Positions 1-9,307 of a DNA stretch of 64,000 nucleotides are shown in pieces. The notes under the pieces were generated by a model, which ran no database searches, was not told the DNA's origin, and was given only the letters and a program-made list of their open reading frames with translations. Location: contig CAYZIN010000003.1 of NCBI GenBank assembly GCA_964478595.1, forward strand, positions 1,357 through 65,356, given 5' to 3'. The stretch is from an uncultured Candidatus Saccharibacteria bacterium (GTDB taxonomy: Bacteria; Patescibacteriota; Saccharimonadia; UBA4664; CAZJNH01). The position numbers and the translations under genes were made by a program. Position 1 is the first letter of the stretch. Every line of letters starts with the position of its first letter.

Positions 1-39
1 AAAGGTGGCATGCAGAGCCGCCGCAGCAAAGCTGCTTAA
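1..39 (+). CDS. 3' end of a gene entering the window, possibly a KGG-motif small basic protein
   Basis: Frame 1 reads KGGMQSRRSKAA-stop and is followed by a terminator; the ORF is truncated by the window edge. Confidence 0.35.
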   Translation, partial: KGGMQSRRSKAA

Positions 40-60
40 GTAGTCACTAGAACTCACTCT

Positions 61-86
61 AAAAAACTCCCATCCGGGAGTTTTTT
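61..86. terminator. Bidirectional intrinsic terminator
   Basis: AAAAAACTCCC-ATCC-GGGAGTTTTTT between convergent genes. Confidence 0.8.
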
Positions 87-98
87 AGTTGTCAGCTC

Positions 99-191
99 GG
101 GGTCCTGCCGCCTGCGGATCCCGCGTGCGTGCTCGTAAATTGCTCGTGTAATTTCCTGCGCGCGGCAGCGGGATCCCTCCGGCGTCACCCC
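99..191. ncRNA. Unassigned ~93-nt rod-like structured RNA candidate
   Basis: Nested inverted repeats GGGGT/ACCCC, GCCG/CGGC, GGATCCCGC/GCGGGATCC, GCGTGC/GCGCGC, AAATTGC/GTAATTT. Confidence 0.45.
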
Positions 192-211
192 TCGCCTTTG
201 ATCTCCTGGCA

Positions 212-679
212 CTAAACAAAGGAGGGGTGGACCCAGCGTTCGATGACGCGGCGGGTTACTCGGCGATCCTTGCGCCAATTGACCGCCCAAATCGAGCCGC
301 AGGCAAAGCATTTATAGGTGTCGCGATCTTTCTGCAGACTAAAGTTTTGGCAGTCTGGGCAAGTGGCGCGTTTACTGAGCCACTCGTCGTAGGTTTCAAT
401 ACATTGGGCGATATGCTCTTCGTCGATCTGCAGTCCAAACTGGGGAGCCAGTTCTCGCACCACATCCCAGGCGTCCATCTCCATCTTGATCAGCTCCATA
501 TCATACTTGTAATTACGGTGGCCGAGGCGAGCGTGCCCAATTTCGTGGATTAAGGCAATTTTCCCGTCGTCGCGCTTCAACCGGCGAGAATCGTAGGTAA
601 CTGTGCCGGTAGCGGGCGACCACATAAAATACCGCCCGGGAACAAAATTAATATCTGGAAAATGTTTGAGTAAATCCAA
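212..679 (-). CDS. Putative ImmA/IrrE-like zinc metallopeptidase with C-terminal zinc ribbon
   Basis: HEIGH motif, downstream E (EMDAW), CPDC...CFAC. Confidence 0.65.
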   Translation of the reverse strand: MDLLKHFPDINFVPGRYFMWSPATGTVTYDSRRLKRDDGKIALIHEIGHARLGHRNYKYDMELIKMEMDAWDVVRELAPQFGLQIDEEHIAQCIETYDEWLSKRATCPDCQNFSLQKDRDTYKCFACGSIWAVNWRKDRRVTRRVIERWVHPSFV

Positions 680-734
680 AGACCACCCTCGCTAAGAGTT
701 CAGTATACAGGTGTGCTACTAAAGCTATACAAGC

Positions 735-1583
735 TTAAGCGGATTTGTGATCTTGGGCAGATTTGGCTAGCAAGATAGCGCCAAAAACCGAAGCGGTTTC
801 GGGATACTTAGCGGCTTTAATCTCTGGGGTTGGATACAGGCGGTATTGCTCATCTAAGTATTTCTCGAGCGGTTGCTTGAAGCTATCAAGATGCGTGCCA
901 ACCCCGCCGCCGAGTACGATGACTCCCGGCGAAACGGCAGCGCAGAGATTTACAAGACCGTGAGCGAGGTCTTTAGCGTATTCGTCCCAAACCTTGGGGT
1001 CTTTAACCTCGGCTGGTTGCTGTCCGAACCGTTTATGAAAGGCTGGCCCACTGACGATGGTCTCCCAATGCCCAACCCCGCCGCAGCCACATTTTTCACC
1101 ATTTGGATCAATTATCATGTGGCCACCCTCTACATCAAAGGCTCCGCGGTAAATTTGCCCTTTGCTTACTAGGCCCGTGCCCACCCCGGTACCGATACCG
1201 ACGTAGAGGACTGGGTCAAAACCCGCTCCAGACCCCAGCCTGGCTTCGGCCAGAGCGGCCGTGTTGGCGTCGTTTTCTAAAACCACCGGCGCACGAAAGT
1301 GTTTTTCTAAAACTTTAATAATCTCTAGGTGACGCCAGGGGATGTTGGCGGCTTTGCCGATAGCGCCATTTTCCCAGTCGATCGGGCCGGGGGCTGCTAC
1401 GCCAATAGCTTTAATATCGCTATTGCGAGCCACGGCGTGAACGAGATCTACAATTGCTTCTTGGGCTATCTCAACTTTGCCGGGGGTGGCGATTTTTTGT
1501 TGAGAGACGATTTTGGCCTCTAAGTCGGCCGAAGCCACCAAAGTTTTGGTGCCGCCAATGTCGATTCCAATATACATACACAT
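735..1583 (-). CDS. ROK family sugar kinase
   Basis: GIDIGGTK, ENDAN, GTGVG, EGGH, CGCGGVGHWE motifs. Confidence 0.92.
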   Translation of the reverse strand: MCMYIGIDIGGTKTLVASADLEAKIVSQQKIATPGKVEIAQEAIVDLVHAVARNSDIKAIGVAAPGPIDWENGAIGKAANIPWRHLEIIKVLEKHFRAPVVLENDANTAALAEARLGSGAGFDPVLYVGIGTGVGTGLVSKGQIYRGAFDVEGGHMIIDPNGEKCGCGGVGHWETIVSGPAFHKRFGQQPAEVKDPKVWDEYAKDLAHGLVNLCAAVSPGVIVLGGGVGTHLDSFKQPLEKYLDEQYRLYPTPEIKAAKYPETASVFGAILLAKSAQDHKSA

Positions 1584-1682
1584 ATAGTATAACGCTTATG
1601 CTTTTGGCTTTCTTAAGCCTTTTTTCTTGCTCTCATCATTGCTTTAGCGTATAAGAGAAATAATTAACCAAGTGAGGGAAAA

Positions 1683-2009
1683 GTGAATCTCAATCGCGAC
1701 TTTCTTAAAACCTTGGGCGGAATTTTAGTCATCGGTGCAATAGTTGTTGCTACCTTTTTGGTCGGCAACCAGCAAAGGCAAGATCAAATTAGAAAAGAAA
1801 ATCAAGCTCAGCAAAAAGCACCAGTACCAATTAAAAAGAACCAACCCGCTGCCAATTCCGGTAGTTCATCCAGTCCTGCTGCCGGTAAATCTACAGTTGG
1901 GGGAGGCAGCATTCCGCAAACCGGTCCTTCTGACATTGCTTGGCTGATCCTTCCAGCCGCAGCCACCGGGTTCTTTGTGGCTCGCCGCCGCAAAAGCTAC
2001 CAGTACTAG
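1683..2009 (+). CDS. Small surface protein with LPXTG-like sorting signal
   Basis: N-terminal TM helix, low-complexity linker, IPQTG, hydrophobic stretch, RRRK tail. Confidence 0.65.
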   Translation: MNLNRDFLKTLGGILVIGAIVVATFLVGNQQRQDQIRKENQAQQKAPVPIKKNQPAANSGSSSSPAAGKSTVGGGSIPQTGPSDIAWLILPAAATGFFVARRRKSYQY

Positions 2010-2080
2010 TTTCAAAGCCAGCGGGCTATTCAGATATGGACAGGTAGGGGCAAAGCCGGTAAAATTAAGCAGTTAAATTT

Positions 2081-3229
2081 ATGGCAACCAAAACCCCTAT
2101 CAGTATGAAAGACTTGCTTGAAGGCACCGAGATCGAGGGTCTGAACGTCGGTGATGCAGTGGAAGGCAAGGTTATCGACATCGAACGCAACGGCGTTTGG
2201 TTAGACCTTGGCGCCCGTGGTACAGGTTTGGTTGTTGGCAAAGAACTCGATATGTCGGAGCCAATTAAGGTTGGTGACGTTTTGGGTGCGACCATTTTGG
2301 ACCCAGAAGCCGATGGTGGTTTTGCGGTGCTCTCACTTAAGCGAGTGGCTAAGGAAAAGGGCTGGGAAGCTCTTGAAGCGCGTTTTAGTGGCGGCGAAAT
2401 CTTTAATATCGAAGCATATGACGCCAACAAAGGCGGCCTTTTAGTCGAGTGCGAAGGCATTCGCGGCTTTTTACCGGTGTCGCAACTAGCAGCCGAGCAT
2501 TATCCGCGAGTAGCCGGAGCCGACAAAGATGAAATTTTGAACCGGTTATCTAGTTTGATTGGTAAACCTTTGCGCGTACGAATCCTAGACATCAACCGCC
2601 GCGAAAGTAAGCTGATCTTCTCTGAAAAAGAAGCACTTAGGGAAGATACTCAACAGCGGGTAGCCCAATTGAAGGTAGGTGATGTGGTTGAAGGTTTGGT
2701 AACGGGTGTAGTTGATTTTGGAATTTTCCTGAACATTGATGGCATAGAAGGCTTAGTCCATATTTCTGAAATTGCTTGGGATCGAGTGGATAACCCGTCG
2801 AGTTACGTCAAGGTTGGGGAGAAAATCAAAGCTAAAATTATCGCCATCGACAAGGACAAATTGAGCTTATCGATCAAGCAATTAAGCGACGATCCATGGC
2901 TGGCTGAGATAAAAAAATACAAAGTCGGTGACGTGGTAGAGGGGAAAGCCACCCGCATTACGCCCTTTGGCGCCTTCGTCCAAGTTACCCCCGTAATCGA
3001 AGCCCTAGTGCACGTTTCGGAGTTGGCCGATGAGGGCACCGAGGATCCGGCTAGTTTGGTGAAACTAGGTGAAACGATGCAGTTTAAGGTCATTGATATT
3101 GATACCGAATCGCACAAGCTTTCATTGTCACTAAAGCAGATGTCTGAAAAAAAGCCGGCGAAGGCTAAAGCCAAAACGCCTGCCAAGAAGACCACTAGAA
3201 AGAAGGATGAGGACGCCGATCAGTCCTAA
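2081..3229 (+). CDS. rpsA: 30S ribosomal protein S1 (short form)
   Basis: Four S1 repeats: NKGGL, GFLPVSQ, FGIF..GLVHISE, FGAF..LVHVSE. Confidence 0.93.
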   Translation: MATKTPISMKDLLEGTEIEGLNVGDAVEGKVIDIERNGVWLDLGARGTGLVVGKELDMSEPIKVGDVLGATILDPEADGGFAVLSLKRVAKEKGWEALEARFSGGEIFNIEAYDANKGGLLVECEGIRGFLPVSQLAAEHYPRVAGADKDEILNRLSSLIGKPLRVRILDINRRESKLIFSEKEALREDTQQRVAQLKVGDVVEGLVTGVVDFGIFLNIDGIEGLVHISEIAWDRVDNPSSYVKVGEKIKAKIIAIDKDKLSLSIKQLSDDPWLAEIKKYKVGDVVEGKATRITPFGAFVQVTPVIEALVHVSELADEGTEDPASLVKLGETMQFKVIDIDTESHKLSLSLKQMSEKKPAKAKAKTPAKKTTRKKDEDADQS

Positions 3230-3247
3230 CGCTGATCGCACCCAACC

Positions 3248-5005
3248 ATGAGCGATCAGCCAACCACAAAAATCCAAGTTCCCGAAGCTATTCGGGTCGG
3301 TGAATTTGCCGAAAAGCTTAACTTGCCCGTGACCAAAATTATTGGCGAGTTGATGAAAAACGGGGTAATGGCGACCATCAACGAAATGATCGATTACGAC
3401 ACGGCTGCCATTATCGCTAGCGATTTGGGAATTGAAGTTGAACCCGAAGTAATCGAAGAGGCTGTGGCGCCAGTGGTTGAGAAGGTCAAAGACGGCGAAA
3501 ACCGACCGCCAGTAGTGGCAGTCATGGGGCACGTCGACCACGGCAAGACCAAGTTACTCGATGCCATTCGTCAAAGCGATGTGGCCAGTGGTGAAGCCGG
3601 GGGAATTACTCAACACATTGGCGCCTACCAAGTTAAACGCAAAGATCGCTGGATTACTTTTCTTGATACCCCCGGCCATGAAGCCTTTTCAGCTCTGCGC
3701 GCTCACGGCGCTAAGATGACCGACGTGGCGGTGATTGTAATCGCCGCGGACGATGGTGTAAAACCCCAAACCAAAGAAGCCATCGATCACGCCAAAATGG
3801 CTGGCGTCAAAATCGTAATTGCAATTAATAAAATCGACAAAGAGGGTGCCGATGCCAATCGAGTCAAAACTCAATTGGCGGAATTAGGCCTAAACCCTGA
3901 AGAGTGGGGCGGCGATACAGTGGTGGCAGAGGTTTCAGCCAAAGCCGGCACCGGGATTGATGAGCTCCTAGACCTCGTTTTATTGGTAGCGGACATTGAG
4001 GAATTAAAGACCCGCAAAGAAGGTCCCAGCGAAGGCATGGTGGTGGAATCCCACCTTGAAAGCGGGCGAGGTCCGGTGGCGACGCTACTGGTTAACAATG
4101 GCACGCTGAAGGTTAGTGACTATATCGTGGCCGGCAACACCTATGCCAAAGTGCGCAGCTTGGAAAATGACCGCGGTAAAAAGATTAAAGAGGCGACTGG
4201 CGGCATGCCGGCGGTGGTTAGCGGTTTTAAGGAGGCACCAGCCTTTGGTCAAATCTTTTATGGGGTCGAAGCCGAGCAGCAGGCGCGGGAAAAGTCGACG
4301 GCCGGTAAGCGTTCGGCTCAAGCTAAAAGTATGGTTAGGGTCAAAAAAATTGAGGCCCAAGACATCGCCAACGCTATTACGGCTGGCAAAGTCAAAGAAC
4401 TTAATGTGGTGATTAAAGCCGACGTTCAGGGATCACTAGAAGCGTTGCTAGATTCGTTGAAAGACCTTCGCAACGAAGAGGTTGGTGTAAAGGTAATTCA
4501 AGGCGGTCTTGGCGATATTTCGGAAAACGACGTAAATGCCGCCAAAACGGCGGGAGCTTTACTGATTGGCTTCAATGTCGGAGTGAACTCGCGGGTTAAA
4601 CAATTGGCCGGCCGTGAGCAGGTCCAAATCCAGCTCTACAAAGTTATTTATGAACTGCTCGATAATTTGCGCGATGTATTATCGGAAATGCTGGATCCTG
4701 AGGTAATTGAGCACGCCGTCGGGACGTTGGAAATTCTGGGAGTCTTTAAAGTCAAAAAGGGTTCAGTGATTTGCGGCGGTGAGGTTAAAGACGGTAAAGT
4801 CGAACCGAAGCTGCAACTTAAGATTTCTCATAGCGGCAAAGAGGTTGGTCGCGGCACCGTGATCAGTCTGCAACGGGAAAAGCAGGCAGCCAAAGAAGTT
4901 AATGCCGGCGAACAGTGCGGAATGGAAATCGCTACCTCCGCCACAATCGAAGTTGGCGATAAACTCGAATTTTTCACTACGGAGACTAAAGCCCGGAGGC
5001 TGTAA
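3248..5005 (+). CDS. infB: Translation initiation factor IF-2
   Basis: RPPVVAVMGHVDHGKT, GGITQHIGA, DTPGHEAF, NKID. Confidence 0.98.
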   Translation: MSDQPTTKIQVPEAIRVGEFAEKLNLPVTKIIGELMKNGVMATINEMIDYDTAAIIASDLGIEVEPEVIEEAVAPVVEKVKDGENRPPVVAVMGHVDHGKTKLLDAIRQSDVASGEAGGITQHIGAYQVKRKDRWITFLDTPGHEAFSALRAHGAKMTDVAVIVIAADDGVKPQTKEAIDHAKMAGVKIVIAINKIDKEGADANRVKTQLAELGLNPEEWGGDTVVAEVSAKAGTGIDELLDLVLLVADIEELKTRKEGPSEGMVVESHLESGRGPVATLLVNNGTLKVSDYIVAGNTYAKVRSLENDRGKKIKEATGGMPAVVSGFKEAPAFGQIFYGVEAEQQAREKSTAGKRSAQAKSMVRVKKIEAQDIANAITAGKVKELNVVIKADVQGSLEALLDSLKDLRNEEVGVKVIQGGLGDISENDVNAAKTAGALLIGFNVGVNSRVKQLAGREQVQIQLYKVIYELLDNLRDVLSEMLDPEVIEHAVGTLEILGVFKVKKGSVICGGEVKDGKVEPKLQLKISHSGKEVGRGTVISLQREKQAAKEVNAGEQCGMEIATSATIEVGDKLEFFTTETKARRL

Positions 5006-5325
5006 TGTCGCTACGGACCGAAAAAATTGAAAGCACGGTGCATCATGAGGTGGCCCAAGCGTTGGCCGAATTGTTGCCCCACGACTCGATCATTACAGTA
5101 ACGGGTGTGGAAGTGGCGCCGGATTTAAAAAAGGCAACTGTGTGGATTGGCGTGCTTGGAAAAGACGAACAGGACGTGATGAGTCAAATCGAGCAGGTTC
5201 GGCGAGACGTGCAAAAAGTGGTGAATAAACGTTTGACCACTAAGTTTGTGCCGAGGCTGACTTTTAAGAGCGATCATGGCGGAGCTTATGCCGACCGAAT
5301 CAACCGCGTTTTAAAGAATCTTTAA
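5005..5325 (+). CDS. rbfA: Ribosome-binding factor A
   Basis: Directly after infB; ITVTGVEVAPDLKKA and FVPRLTF motifs. Confidence 0.92.
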   Translation: MSLRTEKIESTVHHEVAQALAELLPHDSIITVTGVEVAPDLKKATVWIGVLGKDEQDVMSQIEQVRRDVQKVVNKRLTTKFVPRLTFKSDHGGAYADRINRVLKNL

Positions 5326-5326
5326 G

Positions 5327-5355
5327 TTGCCAGATCTTAGCGAAAAGCTTATGCT
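5327..5355 (+). promoter_or_regulatory. sigma70 promoter of the 5364-10348 operon
   Basis: TTGCCA-17-TATGCT, 8 nt before the ATG. Confidence 0.65.
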
Positions 5356-5363
5356 CTTATCAT

Positions 5364-5678
5364 ATGGACGGTCAACAGCCGCAAGATATTGAACAGTTTG
5401 TGGACTGGATTTTAGCTCAGAAGGGTGAGCTAAAAGACACACCAGAAGATGTTAAAGTTCAACTCAAGAAAGATTTAGTCGAAAGCCTTGAAGATCAAAT
5501 CAACGCTGCGCTTTTAAGTTCGATTCCGCAAAAAGATTTGCCAGAAATGGATCAGCTGATTCAAAACCAGGCATCTCAGGAAGAGATCGTGAAGTTTTGC
5601 GAGACTAAAATTCCCGATATGAAGAACCTGGTTGCCGGAGTTTTAGCGCGTTTTAAAACTGATTTTTTGGGAGCTTAA
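5364..5678 (+). CDS. Small acidic helical CPR protein (DUF5663-like)
   Basis: L..SLEDQIN..LL..I...DL.EMD.LI pattern resembles DUF5663 (from memory). Confidence 0.55.
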   Translation: MDGQQPQDIEQFVDWILAQKGELKDTPEDVKVQLKKDLVESLEDQINAALLSSIPQKDLPEMDQLIQNQASQEEIVKFCETKIPDMKNLVAGVLARFKTDFLGA

Positions 5679-8600
5679 ATGTCCGGAGAGGGAATTAGTC
5701 CGGACGCAGGGGGTGAAGTAACAGGGGCTTTTTCGAGTCCAGATTTGGCGACGCCAGCCCCCGACGCACCGCACAGAAATCCCGAGCCGGGTACAGTAAT
5801 TCACCCTAATGGGCTGGAGGTACATCTGGTCGGCGCCGATGCTAATGCCCGCGCGCGGGACGAAGCTGATCGCCGAGTAGATAGTGAAGTAGCCGAAAAA
5901 GGTCTTTTGACTAGAATCTGGAAGGGCAACCTTGCCAAAGATTATTACTCGATGAAGTACGAGAGGGAAGAGCGCGCCAAGATAGAAGCGGCCGGCACGC
6001 CGTTTCTAAATGAAGAGGAAGCCACTAAAACCATCGAACGCTTTGCCAGCGAAGCCGAAAGCATGGTCGACACCGAAGCCGGCGAGAGTAAGGTTGAATT
6101 GTCTGAATTGCCCGGCGGCAATGAATTAAAGGATCAGTTTAAGGCTCTTATCAGGGAAGTGGCCGAAAAAGACATGTCCCGGCCAGCGTTTGAACAAGAA
6201 AAAACTAGGCTTATTAACGAAGTAGCCTCCAAGAATCCGGAGTTAGCCAAAGCCGGACTCCAATACGCCGATAACATCGAAAAGATTGCCGAACAAGTCG
6301 AAGCTAGGGTCGAGGCCGGCGAGGTTCTGGATAATTTATTGGCGGAGACGAAGATTTATCTAGACCGCGCTCGTGCCGGTGTTCGGACCGAGGCTCAGTA
6401 TGGCGCGATCGACCGCGTGTTCGAAAAGATTCGCAGTCACGGCCTTAGCGCGGTGGCAAATGAAGGAGTTTTGGCTACCGCTATTTCAGTTGGCTACACA
6501 GCGGCTCGCTGGAGCGGCCGACGAGCAGTAGCAGTAGTAGGCAAAATGGCGATTCCTGGAATTTCCAGTGGAATTTTAGCCGGCATGCGTGAAAACAAAT
6601 TCATGAAAGATGAACGTCGTCGTCACAATCGTGAAATGGCCGAAGGTATGCAAACTACCGAAGCGGCGTCGCGGCGGCGGATCGAGCTTGAAAACGTTCG
6701 CTATGAAACAGCATCTAGTAAAGATTTAGTCGACGCCCTGAATTCATCGTTGTTTGAAACCGACCCCGAAGGTAAGAGGGTCGAAAGGGATCTTGGTGGA
6801 GACGAATTGGTTGATGCTATGCACTTGGTGGCAGAGATCGATGCTCGTCGCCAGTTATCTAACCGAATGAGAATTGATCTGATTACTTTTAGCGACAAGA
6901 CTACGGTCGAGCAGGAGCGGTTTGAGCTTTATAAATCGGTATCCGAGGCGAAGACTATCCTGGCCAAGCAATTTGAGGCTGGGGACGACACGTTTAAGGC
7001 TGAAACTTTGGGAGATAGTACTTTTGCAGATGCGCTGGCTAGTTTGAGATATATTGAGGTTTCTAATCTCGGAATACATATTGAGCAACAAGACCGAGCG
7101 TTTGATCATTTACGGCGGGTAGAGGTTGCTAAGGCCGCTGCCAAAGGAGTTTTGATCGGAGCGACGATCGGCCTGATCGCGCAAGAAGCAACCTCCTTCT
7201 TGCGGGCCGACCAGACTGGACTTCTCGAACACGCGCTTCATCACGGCGGAAATTCCGAGCGCGCTCATCAAACCCTGCTGCTTAGTATTTTTGGTCGTCA
7301 CGAAGTTGGCCACCTAAGTGCTCACGATGCGCTGCCTGGCGGCAAGGGTGAGGTACAAATGCCCAAAGGCGTGAGCTTAACTCATGACGCCAATGGCAGC
7401 TTTAGCCTGCACGACGGTGGTAAAGAAATTGCCCATGGTTTGAAGTTTAATAACGGTCAGATGGATCCGGGAACTAAGGCAGCCTTGACCCATGCTGGTT
7501 ACGTTATCCAATCGGAACACGTACAGTCCGGCACCGAGGCGGTCATGCGCACTCCGGATCAGTTAATTGCCCACCATTCGGGAGATTTTAAAACAGTTAA
7601 TCGGCAGCTGTGGTACGACAACAACACTCCGCAATTTGACCGCAATGAACTTGGGTTAGGATGGGCGGGAACGAACGGTCTGGACGCAAATGGCAACTAC
7701 ATTTACTCGGTGGCCCATATGACCGTTGGCGGTTCAACTCACGCCGGGCTTTCGGCTAATGCCCAACAATTGGTGTCCGAGGGCCGTATGAAACTGTTAA
7801 TTTCGGCGTCTCGAGAAACGCAAAACCGCGCGCTAGAGTTGCCGGTGCGTGCCGATGGTACTGTGCTGATTGCCAAAGATAGCTTGGCCGGAAGAGCCTT
7901 TTTCCAAAACTCCGGCTGTCACGCGGTATTTACTGGGAAATTTGCGGAAGTCGCCCAAACTACCAGCAGTAGTAATGGCGTGGATAATTTCCGTATTTTA
8001 GCTACCGAAGTTGGCCCAGGCCAACCGCGCTTTGTTGATCTTAATCCGAAGGACCTATTTATCACCCGTATTCAGTTGCCACCAACCATAGACGTACCGC
8101 CGATTATTCCAATTTTCGGGCGTGAAGCTTTGGGCGAAGCTGAAGCGCCGGAAGACCAAAACGCCAAAACGATTGAAATTCCGGCAGTGAAGATCGAAGA
8201 GACGCAGCCGGAAAAGGAAGCGCCGGAAAAACCGCTAAGTTTATTTGAACTAAAAGAGCGGGCTCGGGTGGCGGTGGGAGAACTCAAAAATAGTAGCGTG
8301 ATTACCCCGGCCGAACGCGAAGTGATCGCAGCCAATATTGGTCGAATTACTCAAAACATGCAGCGCCGAGAGGTAACGCAATCGGATCTGGCCAGTTTGT
8401 CGGCGATGTTTATTAACTTGAACCAAAAAGCTCCAGAGCAAATGCCGGGCAATTTATTGCCTCATTATGTTCAGTCCTTATTGGCGGTAGATAATCAACT
8501 GGCTCGTCAAAAAGAGGTTGGATGGGAGATTGGCGAGTCAGCCCGAACCGTTTATCCGGCTGCGAAACCTTTCGAAACTGGCGAAGCCGATGAGCGTCCG

Positions 8601-9305
8601 AGGCCACCGTCGTTAACTCTGTTTGAGCTTAAAGAACGGGCCCGGCAAGCGGTTGGCGAAATGAAAAATAAGGGCGGGATTACCCCTGCGGAACGAGAGG
8701 TCATCGCTTCAAACCTAGGTCGGATTACTCAACGGATGAACCGGCGCAACGTCACGCAATCGGATCTTTACAGCCTATTTTCAATTTTCACAAAATTGCA
8801 TCAGACCGAACCGGACTTAGTGCCAAGAGACGATTTAGAGTCGATCAACGCTTCGATTTTGGCGGCCGATGGAAAGCTGGGCAGTCAAAAAGATGAGGGT
8901 TGGGAGATAGGCGAGTCAGCGCCGACGGTTCACCCCTCGCCCAAACCCTTCGAGGTTACCGCCAAGCCGGTCTCGCCATCAGTCGATACCGACGCCCCTC
9001 CCAAGACGCCAGGCTATTTAAGCCGTGAAAATTTCCTCAACCGGGCCGAAGAGCGTGGTCGAATTCCAGTTGATGTTGATGCCTCACCCGAAGCCGCTCC
9101 ACCCACAGATGTTGATGCAACTCCTGCTTCGCCGGAGGAAGAGCCTGAAGTTAAAACCGGCCCGGCGATTTGGCGCAATAACGACGCCGACCTGCCGGTT
9201 GAAGTTGAGGGTTTCGCTGGAACGCGTGACGGGCGAGCGTACGTCAATGTCCTCGGTAGTGCCACGGCATTGCCACTTGATGAAATTGTCTACCCCGAGG
9301 GTTAG
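5679..9305 (+). CDS. Large hypothetical protein (1208 aa) with hydrophobic segments, a beta-rich middle region and a duplicated 114-aa domain
   Basis: Long ORF abutting both neighbours; two Gly/Ala-rich hydrophobic segments; internal repeat. Confidence 0.85.
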   Translation: MSGEGISPDAGGEVTGAFSSPDLATPAPDAPHRNPEPGTVIHPNGLEVHLVGADANARARDEADRRVDSEVAEKGLLTRIWKGNLAKDYYSMKYEREERAKIEAAGTPFLNEEEATKTIERFASEAESMVDTEAGESKVELSELPGGNELKDQFKALIREVAEKDMSRPAFEQEKTRLINEVASKNPELAKAGLQYADNIEKIAEQVEARVEAGEVLDNLLAETKIYLDRARAGVRTEAQYGAIDRVFEKIRSHGLSAVANEGVLATAISVGYTAARWSGRRAVAVVGKMAIPGISSGILAGMRENKFMKDERRRHNREMAEGMQTTEAASRRRIELENVRYETASSKDLVDALNSSLFETDPEGKRVERDLGGDELVDAMHLVAEIDARRQLSNRMRIDLITFSDKTTVEQERFELYKSVSEAKTILAKQFEAGDDTFKAETLGDSTFADALASLRYIEVSNLGIHIEQQDRAFDHLRRVEVAKAAAKGVLIGATIGLIAQEATSFLRADQTGLLEHALHHGGNSERAHQTLLLSIFGRHEVGHLSAHDALPGGKGEVQMPKGVSLTHDANGSFSLHDGGKEIAHGLKFNNGQMDPGTKAALTHAGYVIQSEHVQSGTEAVMRTPDQLIAHHSGDFKTVNRQLWYDNNTPQFDRNELGLGWAGTNGLDANGNYIYSVAHMTVGGSTHAGLSANAQQLVSEGRMKLLISASRETQNRALELPVRADGTVLIAKDSLAGRAFFQNSGCHAVFTGKFAEVAQTTSSSNGVDNFRILATEVGPGQPRFVDLNPKDLFITRIQLPPTIDVPPIIPIFGREALGEAEAPEDQNAKTIEIPAVKIEETQPEKEAPEKPLSLFELKERARVAVGELKNSSVITPAEREVIAANIGRITQNMQRREVTQSDLASLSAMFINLNQKAPEQMPGNLLPHYVQSLLAVDNQLARQKEVGWEIGESARTVYPAAKPFETGEADERPRPPSLTLFELKERARQAVGEMKNKGGITPAEREVIASNLGRITQRMNRRNVTQSDLYSLFSIFTKLHQTEPDLVPRDDLESINASILAADGKLGSQKDEGWEIGESAPTVHPSPKPFEVTAKPVSPSVDTDAPPKTPGYLSRENFLNRAEERGRIPVDVDASPEAAPPTDVDATPASPEEEPEVKTGPAIWRNNDADLPVEVEGFAGTRDGRAYVNVLGSATALPLDEIVYPEG
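8235..8954 (+). repeat. Tandem intragenic duplication, two copies of 342 nt (8235-8576 and 8613-8954)
   Basis: L.LFELKERAR.AVGE.KN...ITPAEREVIA.N.GRITQ.M.RR.VTQSDL ... GWEIGESA.TV.P..KPFE occurs twice. Confidence 0.95.
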
Positions 9306-9307
9306 TT

